A stretch of 62,308 nucleotides of DNA from a virus (taxonomy: Duplodnaviria > Caudoviricetes), in IMG/VR virus record IMGVR_UViG_3300037797_000094, positions 1 through 62,308 of that record. One strand, 5' to 3'. Below, piece after piece: positions 42,417 to 52,146 of this stretch. The stretch's first letter is position 1, and each line of letters starts with the position of its first letter. A program made the position numbers and the translations under genes. The notes beneath the pieces were generated by a model. That model searched no databases. It saw nothing but the letters and a program-made list of their open reading frames with translations, and was not told the DNA's origin.

Positions 42417-43024
42417 CAGTTTTCTCTAATGAATCTCTGGTAAGCGATGTCCTGATGAGATTGTTCGGTCCAAGGAACTTCCGTTAGTCCCTCAGCAGGA
42501 ATCTGACTACCAGCTTCTTCACCATACTCAAGCTCGTAGTCGAGAAGGGCCTGTGCGGTAGCTCGTAGCTCCTTTGCGGCCACAGAGGTATCAACCGTGA
42601 TCGCCCCCACCCCGCCACCACCCTGCCGAGTTTCTCGACGAGCTATCTTGCTAATATCAGCTGCCCAAGCAAAGAGGATATGAACAGCAGAGATATTTAC
42701 ATTAGAAGCATACTGATCTAGGTAGTCCTGGATATCTGTATCTGTCCATATCACAGAATAGTACTGTACCACAATCTTATCATTAGAAAGTGGAGCATTG
42801 ACGAAGGAGATAATGGCATGGGTGTAATCAACTGTGTAATCAGTATTCTCTACTTGAATTACATCGTTTACCCATACTTCAGGAGCTGGTGTGGTATTGA
42901 TAGGTTCAAACTGTAACTTGAAGTGTTCAGCTAATCCATCACCAACATTCCGTTCTCTTCGAAGAGTTGCCCTATCTCCAATCTTGAGTCTTACGCGTTC
43001 AACTGCAGAAAGAGCCATAGTCAC
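42416..43024 (-). CDS. Head-tail adaptor with inserted beta module
   Basis: VRLKIGD...TDTDIQDYL adaptor pattern; GDG..F.L...DYTVD module. Confidence 0.65.
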   Translation of the reverse strand: MTMALSAVERVRLKIGDRATLRRERNVGDGLAEHFKLQFEPINTTPAPEVWVNDVIQVENTDYTVDYTHAIISFVNAPLSNDKIVVQYYSVIWTDTDIQDYLDQYASNVNISAVHILFAWAADISKIARRETRQGGGGVGAITVDTSVAAKELRATAQALLDYELEYGEEAGSQIPAEGLTEVPWTEQSHQDIAYQRFIREN

Positions 43025-43027
43025 CGC

Positions 43028-46000
43028 CTAGTTTTTCTTCAACTCACTTTGTCCAGTTGGAATGAAAGCTGTCATTCCCTTAAATTCTGACTGAGAATCC
43101 CACTTATAAGTTGTAGGAACTACCCCGAGAAATATCCTTGGGGTTTTTACATCTGGAGAGTTATCAATGAACAGAGCCAGAATAAACTGATCCTGTATAA
43201 TACCGACAGGGTAGACCGTCGGTCCATTGTCAATAAGATTAGCCTGGATGACTACGGAGCCTACAGATATGTCAGGTGATGGCACCGTCGGCGCCTGACT
43301 GACAGACAATGCCTCAATGAGTGATTGAGCTGAGATCAATGGACTGAAGACAACAGAACCATTATCTAGTAACTGAGCTATCACCTGAGAAACAGCTGAT
43401 ACACTAGGATCAAATGCTTCTGTGGGATTATCGATCAACTGTACCTGAACTACACTAAGGACGCGAGGATCAAATACAACCGACCCGTTACTAATCAGCT
43501 GTGCTACCACTTGAGCAACTGCTACAATAGTCGGATTGAATAGGGTTGGTGTATTTTGTAGTTCATCAACAGAAACTGTGAAGCCGCTAGTAACTAGAGG
43601 TTCATATACAGCATGACCGTGGTTGATCAACTGAGCAACAATGTTAGAAACTGCTTGGATATCTGGATCAAACAGTTGAGGGGTATTGTTAAGAATTGGA
43701 ACAGCTACTGTAACTCCAGCAGTAACTAGTGGATCAAACAACTGTCCGCTCTGGTCTATTGAAGGAACTACAACAGTGACTCCACCAGGCTCAACAACAG
43801 GTTCAAAGACCACAGGAGAATTAGTGAGTAGTTCAACTGTCACTAGCTGTGCGATCGATGGGTTGAATAGGTCAGCTGGATTGCTTAGAAGTTGTGCAGC
43901 AACCTGCTGAGTAACCTTAGGATCAAATGCAGTTGCTGGGTTACTAATCAACTGCATAGCAATCTGTTGGAGAACTTTCGGAGAGAACAGGGAAGCAGCA
44001 TTAGTCAGTAGTTGAGCTATTACAACTACTCCACCCGGACTAATAGTTGGATTGAACAAAGTAGATCCATTGTCTAGGAGTGGAACTACTACTTCTACTT
44101 CACCTGGACTTACTTCTGGATCAAATAGTGTGTTACCGCTATCAAGAAGAGGTACCGATATTGTAACCAAACCAATAGCAGCTGATGGATCGAACAAAGT
44201 TCTACCATTAGCAAGGAGTGGAACTACAATACTAACGGCACCTGGTGAGATAGTTGGATTAAATAGAGAACTGCCATTACCGATTAACTGAGCAACCACA
44301 GAAGAGACTGCGGTAACTGATGGGTCAAATGATGCTGACGGATTGTTAATCAATTCAGCTTTAACTAACTGAAGTATGCTAGGATCGAATAGTACTGCAA
44401 GATTATTTAACAGATTAGCTTTTACTTCTTGATTAATTTTTGGATCAAACAGAGAGTTACTGTTATTGATTAGCTGTGCAACAATTTGGCTAACAGCTTG
44501 AATTGAAGGATTGAATTGAGTACTAGGGTTCTCGAGCAGCTGTGCTACAACCGCTACTGCTCCTGGAGAAGCTGTTGGATTGAAGAGAGTACGACCATTG
44601 GCAATCAACTGCGCTATTACTGTCTGATCCTGGGTAACTCCAAGTGCCCAATCAAGTAAAGCATCAAATATAGTAAGACCGTCGCTGTTGATGGTGGAGC
44701 CGGCCCACATCGCATCCTTGAGGCACAGGAACCCGCGCTTGCCGGCGGCGGTACCACTAACCAGATCAGCGCCTTGCTCGTAGATGAAGCCGGTGTGCTG
44801 AAGCGAGAAGCCGACATTCGTCGCGAAGGACTGTCCCCCCGCACCGAGCGACGCGCCGTAGTTGAAGGTTTCAGAAGTGCTGATAGTCAGGTCGCCATTC
44901 GCGAAACCGTGACCAATGGGATCACCGGTGATCGTGATGTCCGTCTGGGAACTAACATTTCCCGACGCCGCCGCCATATTCATGGCAGCTAGATGAGCTT
45001 GCTCGAAGGTGATAACCGGGATCGTGACGTTCAGGTACTTGGACCCGACCGTCGCGCCGGCGCACGATTCTCCTACAACAACCAGATCAATACCAGTCAA
45101 ATCACCAACTGCAGTCTCATCATTGTGATATGTAACGGTGTGACCCTTACCTTCAAGATAAGACTTCAGTGCAGCGTCACCGCTGGTTGGAGCACTACCA
45201 TCAGCAACTACAAGTCGAATATTCGCGCTAGCTCCTGAAGGAATAGTTGGGTTGAATAAGATAGGTGCCTGAGCAAGCAATTGTGCTGCTACAGCAACAG
45301 CACCTGGAGAAACTACTGACTCATAGAGGCTGGGTGCCTGTGAAAGCAGTTGTGCTAGAATTAACTGTCCACTAAGTGCAGTAGGATTTAAGACTGCTGT
45401 GGCTTGAGATAGTAAGTTAGCTTGAACTGTCTGTCCACCCCCACCAGCCTGAGAAACTCCAGGACTGGACATAGAGTAAGGCACTGGAGCAAATGAAGCT
45501 ACCCACTCTATAGCACCAAGCCTGAGATAAGTATAGTTCCCACCCAAACCATCAATATCGAGTAACAACTTGATAGTTACTCTTGATGCATCATCAGTCC
45601 CTATATCAGCTGGAGTCCATGGTTGATTCTCAAAAACTCCATCAGCACCTGGAGTTAAGTCAAGTGGATCATTATACGCCAATGATCCATCAACAAAGAC
45701 ATCCATCTGAACAACGGGATTGCCACCACCAGACCCAACAATTTCTCTATCTACATACCACCTTATAACTTGATCACCCTGAAGTTTTCCAGTTACATTG
45801 AAATCAAATCTCAAAAAGTAACTAGCTTGCTGATTTGGTGAACCTTGGATGTAGTTACCATCAGGTGAATCTGGAGACTCGTCAACATGTCCAGCTAAAG
45901 TAGATGAAGCATTATTGCTATCCACAATAGAGAACGGAGCTAATGCCTGGATTACTGGATCTAGATTAATTCCTAGTGCTTCTATTGTCTGAGGTGGTGG

Positions 46001-46525
46001 ACCAGAAGGAGTGTAAGTCCCAGTGAAGTCAACTTCATAGACCCGCTGTTCGGCTGAATCACCGCCCTTGCTGCGAGTACGAGTGATTCTAATCTCAACA
46101 ACCGCCCCATCCCACTGAGCCTTTGTAGCACTAGTGTTAACGTAAGTAAATGCAATTGATGAGGTGTTCAGAATAGTCGTATTGGTAATGTTTGTTACTA
46201 GTACTTGGAGGGTACCACCAGAATTAGCAGCAGCCAGGACAGTAGTACCATCTGCTGCCATGATGCGAGCTTCGAGAGTGTCCCAAAGTGAATTAGAAAC
46301 TGACGCTGACCAAGCGTAACGTAGAACGATCTCCAGTGTATCCATGCTATCAAAGTCGGAATCTACATTACCAAGCTCCCAACCTTGATTTACTGAAGAG
46401 GTAGCATTAGTGTTGAACCCACCGAAGGTTGAATCACTGTTATCACCTAATGCACCGTTAGGAGCATTAGTCCACCCATTTGGTGCTGCAGCGTTGCCTA
46501 CAGTCAGTGGTGTCAGAGTCGCCAT
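43028..46525 (-). CDS. Large repeat-containing virion protein (head or neck fibre candidate)
   Basis: Many ~20-23 aa repeats of the form VxAQLIxNxxxLFxP; inserted globular domains; start MATLTP overlaps upstream TGA. Confidence 0.7.
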   Translation of the reverse strand: MATLTPLTVGNAAAPNGWTNAPNGALGDNSDSTFGGFNTNATSSVNQGWELGNVDSDFDSMDTLEIVLRYAWSASVSNSLWDTLEARIMAADGTTVLAAANSGGTLQVLVTNITNTTILNTSSIAFTYVNTSATKAQWDGAVVEIRITRTRSKGGDSAEQRVYEVDFTGTYTPSGPPPQTIEALGINLDPVIQALAPFSIVDSNNASSTLAGHVDESPDSPDGNYIQGSPNQQASYFLRFDFNVTGKLQGDQVIRWYVDREIVGSGGGNPVVQMDVFVDGSLAYNDPLDLTPGADGVFENQPWTPADIGTDDASRVTIKLLLDIDGLGGNYTYLRLGAIEWVASFAPVPYSMSSPGVSQAGGGGQTVQANLLSQATAVLNPTALSGQLILAQLLSQAPSLYESVVSPGAVAVAAQLLAQAPILFNPTIPSGASANIRLVVADGSAPTSGDAALKSYLEGKGHTVTYHNDETAVGDLTGIDLVVVGESCAGATVGSKYLNVTIPVITFEQAHLAAMNMAAASGNVSSQTDITITGDPIGHGFANGDLTISTSETFNYGASLGAGGQSFATNVGFSLQHTGFIYEQGADLVSGTAAGKRGFLCLKDAMWAGSTINSDGLTIFDALLDWALGVTQDQTVIAQLIANGRTLFNPTASPGAVAVVAQLLENPSTQFNPSIQAVSQIVAQLINNSNSLFDPKINQEVKANLLNNLAVLFDPSILQLVKAELINNPSASFDPSVTAVSSVVAQLIGNGSSLFNPTISPGAVSIVVPLLANGRTLFDPSAAIGLVTISVPLLDSGNTLFDPEVSPGEVEVVVPLLDNGSTLFNPTISPGGVVVIAQLLTNAASLFSPKVLQQIAMQLISNPATAFDPKVTQQVAAQLLSNPADLFNPSIAQLVTVELLTNSPVVFEPVVEPGGVTVVVPSIDQSGQLFDPLVTAGVTVAVPILNNTPQLFDPDIQAVSNIVAQLINHGHAVYEPLVTSGFTVSVDELQNTPTLFNPTIVAVAQVVAQLISNGSVVFDPRVLSVVQVQLIDNPTEAFDPSVSAVSQVIAQLLDNGSVVFSPLISAQSLIEALSVSQAPTVPSPDISVGSVVIQANLIDNGPTVYPVGIIQDQFILALFIDNSPDVKTPRIFLGVVPTTYKWDSQSEFKGMTAFIPTGQSELKKN

Positions 46526-46845
46526 CAGCCTGTCACTCCACACTCACCGCAGGTAATGCCGGGACCGGGCCAATCTCCACAGTCTACCGTCCCCACCGAC
46601 ATCAGCGTTGGGTGGACGACAGCGATGTAGCGCGGGTCGGCGTGGACCGCCGCCCAGCTGCCCAACGACTCCCGCAGGGTGCAGACCCAGCGTCGGTCAG
46701 TTAATGATCCATCATCTCGTAAGAATGGGCACACAACTCCTGCTATCCAGCAGCAATTACCATCCTTAGCTTTGCACTGCACCATCGCGTCCGCCATCAC
46801 GTCACGCCCTAGATCAATTAAAGAGATCCACTGAATACTTATCAA
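46525..46845 (-). CDS. Cys-rich protein (likely start MADAMVQC)
   Basis: CCW, CPFL, CTL and CGECG motifs. Confidence 0.65.
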   Translation of the reverse strand: MISIQWISLIDLGRDVMADAMVQCKAKDGNCCWIAGVVCPFLRDDGSLTDRRWVCTLRESLGSWAAVHADPRYIAVVHPTLMSVGTVDCGDWPGPGITCGECGVTG

Positions 46846-48238
46846 ATAGAAGATGTCCCTGATTATGGGGAATCGGGATAGACTGACCGCCTAAGTAAGT
46901 TTCTGACTGGAACACCCAATAGGAGTCGTTAGTTGTAACTCCCTGAGTGAATCTAGCAACAAGATTACCGTCAAGGCGAGCTTCTACAAACTGACCGGGC
47001 TTTACCCAGAGTTGATAGAGATGCCATTCATCAAGCTCGATATTTAATGATTTCTGCTGTTGCTGATTACTAGACTCAAGATGATGGAAGAAGTTACCTC
47101 TGGGGCCAGGTTCTAGTTTAGCCTCAACAAAGTTATCTTCACAGTAACCAGCTGTATTGATCTTGGGTCCACACCAACGCAGGTAAGCGACCTTACGGCC
47201 TGGAATATCATCTAGCTTCGCAACATAGCTGATGACAAAGTCGCTCTGATTTGGCAACGTCCACTTAGGACCAGCAACGTAGTTACACCCACCGTTCCCG
47301 TTATGAACATGAGTGTGACCGCTCGTCTTACAACTACCAGTTTCAGTATGGAGCCACATATCGAGGAGGCCGTCGTGCTCACTTGTGGTAGCTCGCCAGC
47401 AGTACTTCCCTCTACCAGAACTATCGTTGTAAGTGCAATCCTGAGCTACATTGGGACGAGGTTGAAGATATTGTAGTGTGTCAGGATGTGGTGGATCACC
47501 GAGCTGTTGAGTATTAGGAAATTCTGTAAAATGAACCCGATCATACCCAGGGAAAGGAGCAGGAATAGTAATACCGGAAACATTTACTCCAGCTGGGGGC
47601 GGTCCAGTACTAGGAGATGGAGTTGGCGACGCTCCAGTCCCGCCGCCAACCATAACATTGATAATGAAACTACCAAGGTTAGTTCCACTACCATTATCAC
47701 CCGAGAAGACAATACCCTCAATGAAATGAGATCCCACTGAGAGATTACATGGAACGAAGTCATTAGCTGGATCACCACAGGGAGCGTATGGAGCATTGTT
47801 TTCCGTGCGCTCTAGTTCTCCATCAATGAAGAACCTTACACTTCCTGTAGAAGAGTGTTCTAGTTCTAGAGCAAAATCACCAACTAAAGTCTCACCATCA
47901 AAGAGTTTTCTAACTCTGGTATCAGTTGTTGGATTCACCAACCAATAAGAAGTGACTGCTTGTGGGGTGGGACTTGGAGTAGGTTCTTCTGGAGGATCGG
48001 TTGGCGCAATACTTACAGTAGGCTCTGGCTCACTTGGAGTAACAGAAGCTCCCGGTGAGCCCGGTGAGCCCGGTTGTGGTGTAACTGCAATAACAGTAAC
48101 CTGTTCACCGGGCTCTAAGAACACATCTTGGTTTGGATCTGCGCTTAGAACAATACCAAGAGTACTACCAGCAATCAGAGCAGCAGTGCCAACCGCTAGT
48201 AGTCCACCGTGAGTTCTAAGAGTACCAAGAATATCCAC
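46814..48238 (-). CDS. Secreted or membrane-anchored protein with Ig-like and GH16/ConA-like domains
   Basis: Hydrophobic N-terminus; P/S/T linkers; EDNFVE, WHLYQLW...LDG and WVFQSET resemble GH16 motifs. Confidence 0.6.
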   Translation of the reverse strand: MDILGTLRTHGGLLAVGTAALIAGSTLGIVLSADPNQDVFLEPGEQVTVIAVTPQPGSPGSPGASVTPSEPEPTVSIAPTDPPEEPTPSPTPQAVTSYWLVNPTTDTRVRKLFDGETLVGDFALELEHSSTGSVRFFIDGELERTENNAPYAPCGDPANDFVPCNLSVGSHFIEGIVFSGDNGSGTNLGSFIINVMVGGGTGASPTPSPSTGPPPAGVNVSGITIPAPFPGYDRVHFTEFPNTQQLGDPPHPDTLQYLQPRPNVAQDCTYNDSSGRGKYCWRATTSEHDGLLDMWLHTETGSCKTSGHTHVHNGNGGCNYVAGPKWTLPNQSDFVISYVAKLDDIPGRKVAYLRWCGPKINTAGYCEDNFVEAKLEPGPRGNFFHHLESSNQQQQKSLNIELDEWHLYQLWVKPGQFVEARLDGNLVARFTQGVTTNDSYWVFQSETYLGGQSIPIPHNQGHLLFDKYSVDLFN

Positions 48239-48669
48239 TAGAAGCTAAAGATGCCGGAGGCGTTCCACTGAACGGTGACATCTCCCCCGTTTGGAGTCAG
48301 TGGCATCCCAGAAGTGAACGTATCATAAATAGCAATCAAGATACTAGTAGCTTCAGAACCAGTATCCTTGAATAGGATTAGAAACTCAACTTCATCACCA
48401 GTCAGAGAAGTGAATACTGAGTCGGCGGCATCAAATACTCCAACGGCCACAGTACCGGTAGTCTTAGAGCTGAGAGCTGGGCAAGAGGCGATTGCAGGGA
48501 CTCGTCCACCAGAGACGATGTCTGCAATATCTTCATCACCAACCACTGGGGTATCATCAGTGGAGTCCACAAACATTGGCTTGATGGTATCTGCATCCAA
48601 CTGAACATTGGCGAATGCATTATCACCAAGCACGTTGTTTCGATAAACGTTAGTCAGAGCATTGGCCAT
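48238..48669 (-). CDS. Conserved virion structural protein
   Basis: MANAL...DTIK...FDAAD...TPNGGDVTVQW pattern common in phage virion clusters. Confidence 0.7.
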   Translation of the reverse strand: MANALTNVYRNNVLGDNAFANVQLDADTIKPMFVDSTDDTPVVGDEDIADIVSGGRVPAIASCPALSSKTTGTVAVGVFDAADSVFTSLTGDEVEFLILFKDTGSEATSILIAIYDTFTSGMPLTPNGGDVTVQWNASGIFSF

Positions 48670-48977
48670 TACTCGGTTACCTCAGACTCAGCCGGAGCTT
48701 CTGCCTCAGCTTCTGAGTGCTCCTTGCGGTGCTTCATAATAGTCTTAAGCTCATCATCACTAAAGTTCTTAGCTCGATCAACTAGAACTCTCTGGTCAAT
48801 CGCAACCTGAACTTCTAGCTGTTGGTCCTTGATGGATCGGCTCGCTTCAGCCCGCTCAACACTAAGCTTAGTCTGAAGATCAGTCAAATCCTCAAGGGAC
48901 ATAGCAGAAAGATCAGACATTGTTCTTTGGTACTCCGTGTTCAAAAACTCGGAACTTATTGGTGATACCTGGGACAT
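48669..48977 (-). CDS. Hypothetical coiled-coil protein (likely start MSDLS)
   Basis: TAATG coupling to next gene. Confidence 0.6.
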   Translation of the reverse strand: MSQVSPISSEFLNTEYQRTMSDLSAMSLEDLTDLQTKLSVERAEASRSIKDQQLEVQVAIDQRVLVDRAKNFSDDELKTIMKHRKEHSEAEAEAPAESEVTE

Positions 48978-49230
48978 CTAAGGTGATAGGCGGTGGGTTT
49001 TTCTCTTCACCTATGATCTCTAAACTGGGTAAACCTACTTCTTTAAGTCTCTCAAGTACCTGGGGAGAAACTACCGCCATCCCATCGTCTCCAAGTCTGA
49101 TGTGATACGTCTTGAAGATATGAGTAACCTTACATATACCACAAACTAGTGGGACTTGGTAGCGACGGTAGTGCTGTACAAGGAAGACTCCGGATCTGTG
49201 AGTTCGGTGTCTGATCCTAATTCCAGCCAT
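48913..49230 (-). CDS. Hypothetical protein with CxxC..H..KTYH motif
   Basis: GGAG RBS. Confidence 0.65.
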   Translation of the reverse strand: MAGIRIRHRTHRSGVFLVQHYRRYQVPLVCGICKVTHIFKTYHIRLGDDGMAVVSPQVLERLKEVGLPSLEIIGEEKNPPPITLDVPGITNKFRVFEHGVPKNNV

Positions 49231-52133
49231 CTATTACTCCATAATTTAGCTACTTCATCCCATGTCAAAGCCGGAGCCCTTTTAATGATACTATTCCTGT
49301 GCTCCTCCTCAATCTTCATCCCATAGACCACAGCCTGGGCATAAACATCCTTTGTTTTCTCTTCGATAAGTGGCCATTCCTTCAGCTGAAAAATAGTTCC
49401 TGACCTCACTACTTCAGATAAAGCAGCCAGATCATTAGTAACAGGATAACAACCTGCTAACTGGGCTTCTACCGCAGTTATACAGTAAGTTTCAGTGAAG
49501 TATGTTGGATAGAGCCAAACTCCAGCTGCCATCATCTCCTTGGCAAGTTTATCTTGTGGGAGTCTGCCATGCTGAACAACCCCCTTAGCCTTTCCGAGAA
49601 GGTTGATTACCTTTACTTTGAACTGACCCAACTCTGGAAACATCGGAATAAATGCATCAAAGTTGTTCCAGCCATAGTAGATATGAAGCTCAGCATCTGG
49701 CTCTACTTCAATAACTTTTGGCCACACATGCTCTAGAATGTAGTCTAATCCGCGATCTGGAGATGAGGAATAGACCACTTTCTTTGGGTTTCTTTCAACT
49801 GATCCCTTAAAGAGATCGATATTAATCCCGTTAGGAATTACTACTAGTTGATCGGGATGTAGGAATGGATACCTACTAAGCATATAGTTCTTATGCCATT
49901 CTGTCAGGACGACGATACTTTCAAACTTTGCCGCTCTATCTGCGGTGAGGCGATCCCCTGAATCGACATCATGCATCCACAAGATGGCGTGTGCTGCATT
50001 AGGTGCATCGTCGATAAGCTCTGGAGCTCTCCAGGCAATGAAAAGCTCAGATTTAACTCCAGACACATACCTCGATTGATCTCGGTACCTAACTCGATTG
50101 AAATAGCCTTCGTCAGAGATGCGGCTAAAGACGCTAACCTGATACCCAGTTCTGGCGATTGCCTCGCTGAGCTTGATAACCGCTGTCTCAGATCCACCAA
50201 GCCCCTCCCGCTCAAAAGTGAGAGGTGACCAAGCCTCGGGAGTACCTGGAGCTAGAATCGTTACATGACCAAGCGGTCTTTCTCCAACTCGGTAATCAGC
50301 AAAGATCCACCCAGACCGTTCTCCAAACCCTTGACGATAAAGATTATGGATCTGCCCCCGGGAACTCAGTAGAACCTCAATGTCATTCAGATCAAAAATT
50401 CTGAGATGACCCTTGAATCCTTCATTGTTCCAGCCGGGCGCCGGTGACTCCCAAGCTAGATGTGGAGTTGTAATAGCGATATGTTTTGCAGACTTCTCCA
50501 AGTTATCAAGAAACTTTGATGGGTCTACAACATGCTCAATGACTTCGAAAGCTAGACCTACATCGTAGAACTGCTCCACGTCTGTCCCGTACTCAGCAGC
50601 ATCTGCGACTCTGAAGTCAGTATGTGGCAACTCCCACTTGATGACTCGTTCATTTGCCAACTGGATACAGCGTGGATCGAGATCAATCCCGCTAACTTGC
50701 ACGTCTGGCAGTTCTCGTGCGATGGGCAACGCGACGAACCCATCCGAGCAGCCGAAGTCGATGATGTTCTTCGCATTCTGATTTCTTACTACATCCAATG
50801 CAAACTTAACTCTTGGGTAGTTTACCCAGGAAGGATCCAGAATACGCTCATCATCCATAGGAGTCCAGTATGGATTAGTTCGGTAATCCTCTACCATTAT
50901 CTCTGGATCTTCCACATGAGCAGTAGACCTTAACGTGAAAGCCCTGTTCTGCTGAATTGGTGGAACATTCTGAATTAACTTGGGAGCAGAATCAAAAAGC
51001 TGTCTTGCCTTCAACCACTCATCATTCTTAACTAGGTGTTCCCAAACTAAGTTGAAAGCATCTACTAGATTATGTCCATCAAGTTCCTCTTGAATGACCC
51101 GAAGATTATGACGAACCTTTTCATCTGGAGAGATATCAAGAGCTTTTTTAAAGTTCTCCAATGCCATCTCAAAATCACCGAGCTGGCTATAAGCTAGCCC
51201 AAGGATCATCGATGGATTTACATCATAGTCTCTAGGGTTAACAATCAAGAAAGATTCTGGAGGTGTCTTAGTAGAAGCTGACTTAGTCCACTCAATAACT
51301 TCACGGAATTTCTGCTGATGATAAGCAGTTTCTGCTAATCCAAGATAAGCATCTGCCCAGTCTGGACGGATTGTAATCGCTTGAAAATCTGCAAGTCGAG
51401 ACTTCTCAAACTCACCCATTGCTCGGTAGATATCAGCAATGCGATGTTGAGCCTGATACCTCTCTTCGTCCCAACCACTCAGAGCTACATACCTTCTTAG
51501 GTGAACTAATGCCTCTGAGAAATTCCCACGACTAGCATTCTCTGTACCCAGATAGATCAGAACTCTTGGATCAGGATTAGGTTCTGACTCTTCTAATTGA
51601 GTACGAAGAATTTCAATATTACGATTGCTACTTCCCTGTGGGTGATGCTTTACCACGATGGTGTGGACCATCATCTTCAAATGGTCATCAGGCCCACGAA
51701 ATACTTCATGGACCTTGCCGATCCACTCCCACTGAGGATTAAGCTTAACCAGTCTCTCACGAACAAGATAACAGTTAGTTACACCGTTCTCATCACGAGA
51801 ATACTCATAGCCCCAGTAGAAAGCATCAACTTGTGGGTATTCTTCGATGAGTTGCTTCATCTTATCCCCACCAAGCAACTCATCATCTCCGTCTAACCAC
51901 AGATAGTATGGCTGTGTTACTTTCCTCAGTACCTGATTCCGTGCCTCCGCGAAATCATCTTGCCATTCAATCTGAAAAACGTTGTCTGTGAACTTTCGAG
52001 CGATTTCTTCTGTCCGATCCGTGGACTCCCCACCTAGACCGATCACAATCTCGTCTACATAAGGAGCCACGGATTCTAGACATCTCTCAAGAGTTGCTTC
52101 TGAGTTTCTTACAATCATTCCTAGAGAAATCAT
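49146..52133 (-). CDS. Multidomain glycosyltransferase: GT2 + TPR + SAM methyltransferase + GT4
   Basis: ISLGMIVRN, STDRT, DFAEARN, WLDGDD (GT2); TPR helices; IDFGCSDG, FEVIEH (methyltransferase); GGSE, SSPDRGL, ETYCITAVEA (GT4). Confidence 0.9.
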   Translation of the reverse strand: MISLGMIVRNSEATLERCLESVAPYVDEIVIGLGGESTDRTEEIARKFTDNVFQIEWQDDFAEARNQVLRKVTQPYYLWLDGDDELLGGDKMKQLIEEYPQVDAFYWGYEYSRDENGVTNCYLVRERLVKLNPQWEWIGKVHEVFRGPDDHLKMMVHTIVVKHHPQGSSNRNIEILRTQLEESEPNPDPRVLIYLGTENASRGNFSEALVHLRRYVALSGWDEERYQAQHRIADIYRAMGEFEKSRLADFQAITIRPDWADAYLGLAETAYHQQKFREVIEWTKSASTKTPPESFLIVNPRDYDVNPSMILGLAYSQLGDFEMALENFKKALDISPDEKVRHNLRVIQEELDGHNLVDAFNLVWEHLVKNDEWLKARQLFDSAPKLIQNVPPIQQNRAFTLRSTAHVEDPEIMVEDYRTNPYWTPMDDERILDPSWVNYPRVKFALDVVRNQNAKNIIDFGCSDGFVALPIARELPDVQVSGIDLDPRCIQLANERVIKWELPHTDFRVADAAEYGTDVEQFYDVGLAFEVIEHVVDPSKFLDNLEKSAKHIAITTPHLAWESPAPGWNNEGFKGHLRIFDLNDIEVLLSSRGQIHNLYRQGFGERSGWIFADYRVGERPLGHVTILAPGTPEAWSPLTFEREGLGGSETAVIKLSEAIARTGYQVSVFSRISDEGYFNRVRYRDQSRYVSGVKSELFIAWRAPELIDDAPNAAHAILWMHDVDSGDRLTADRAAKFESIVVLTEWHKNYMLSRYPFLHPDQLVVIPNGINIDLFKGSVERNPKKVVYSSSPDRGLDYILEHVWPKVIEVEPDAELHIYYGWNNFDAFIPMFPELGQFKVKVINLLGKAKGVVQHGRLPQDKLAKEMMAAGVWLYPTYFTETYCITAVEAQLAGCYPVTNDLAALSEVVRSGTIFQLKEWPLIEEKTKDVYAQAVVYGMKIEEEHRNSIIKRAPALTWDEVAKLWSNRWLELGSDTELTDPESSLYSTTVATKSH

Positions 52134-52146
52134 GCCGCCACCTAAT

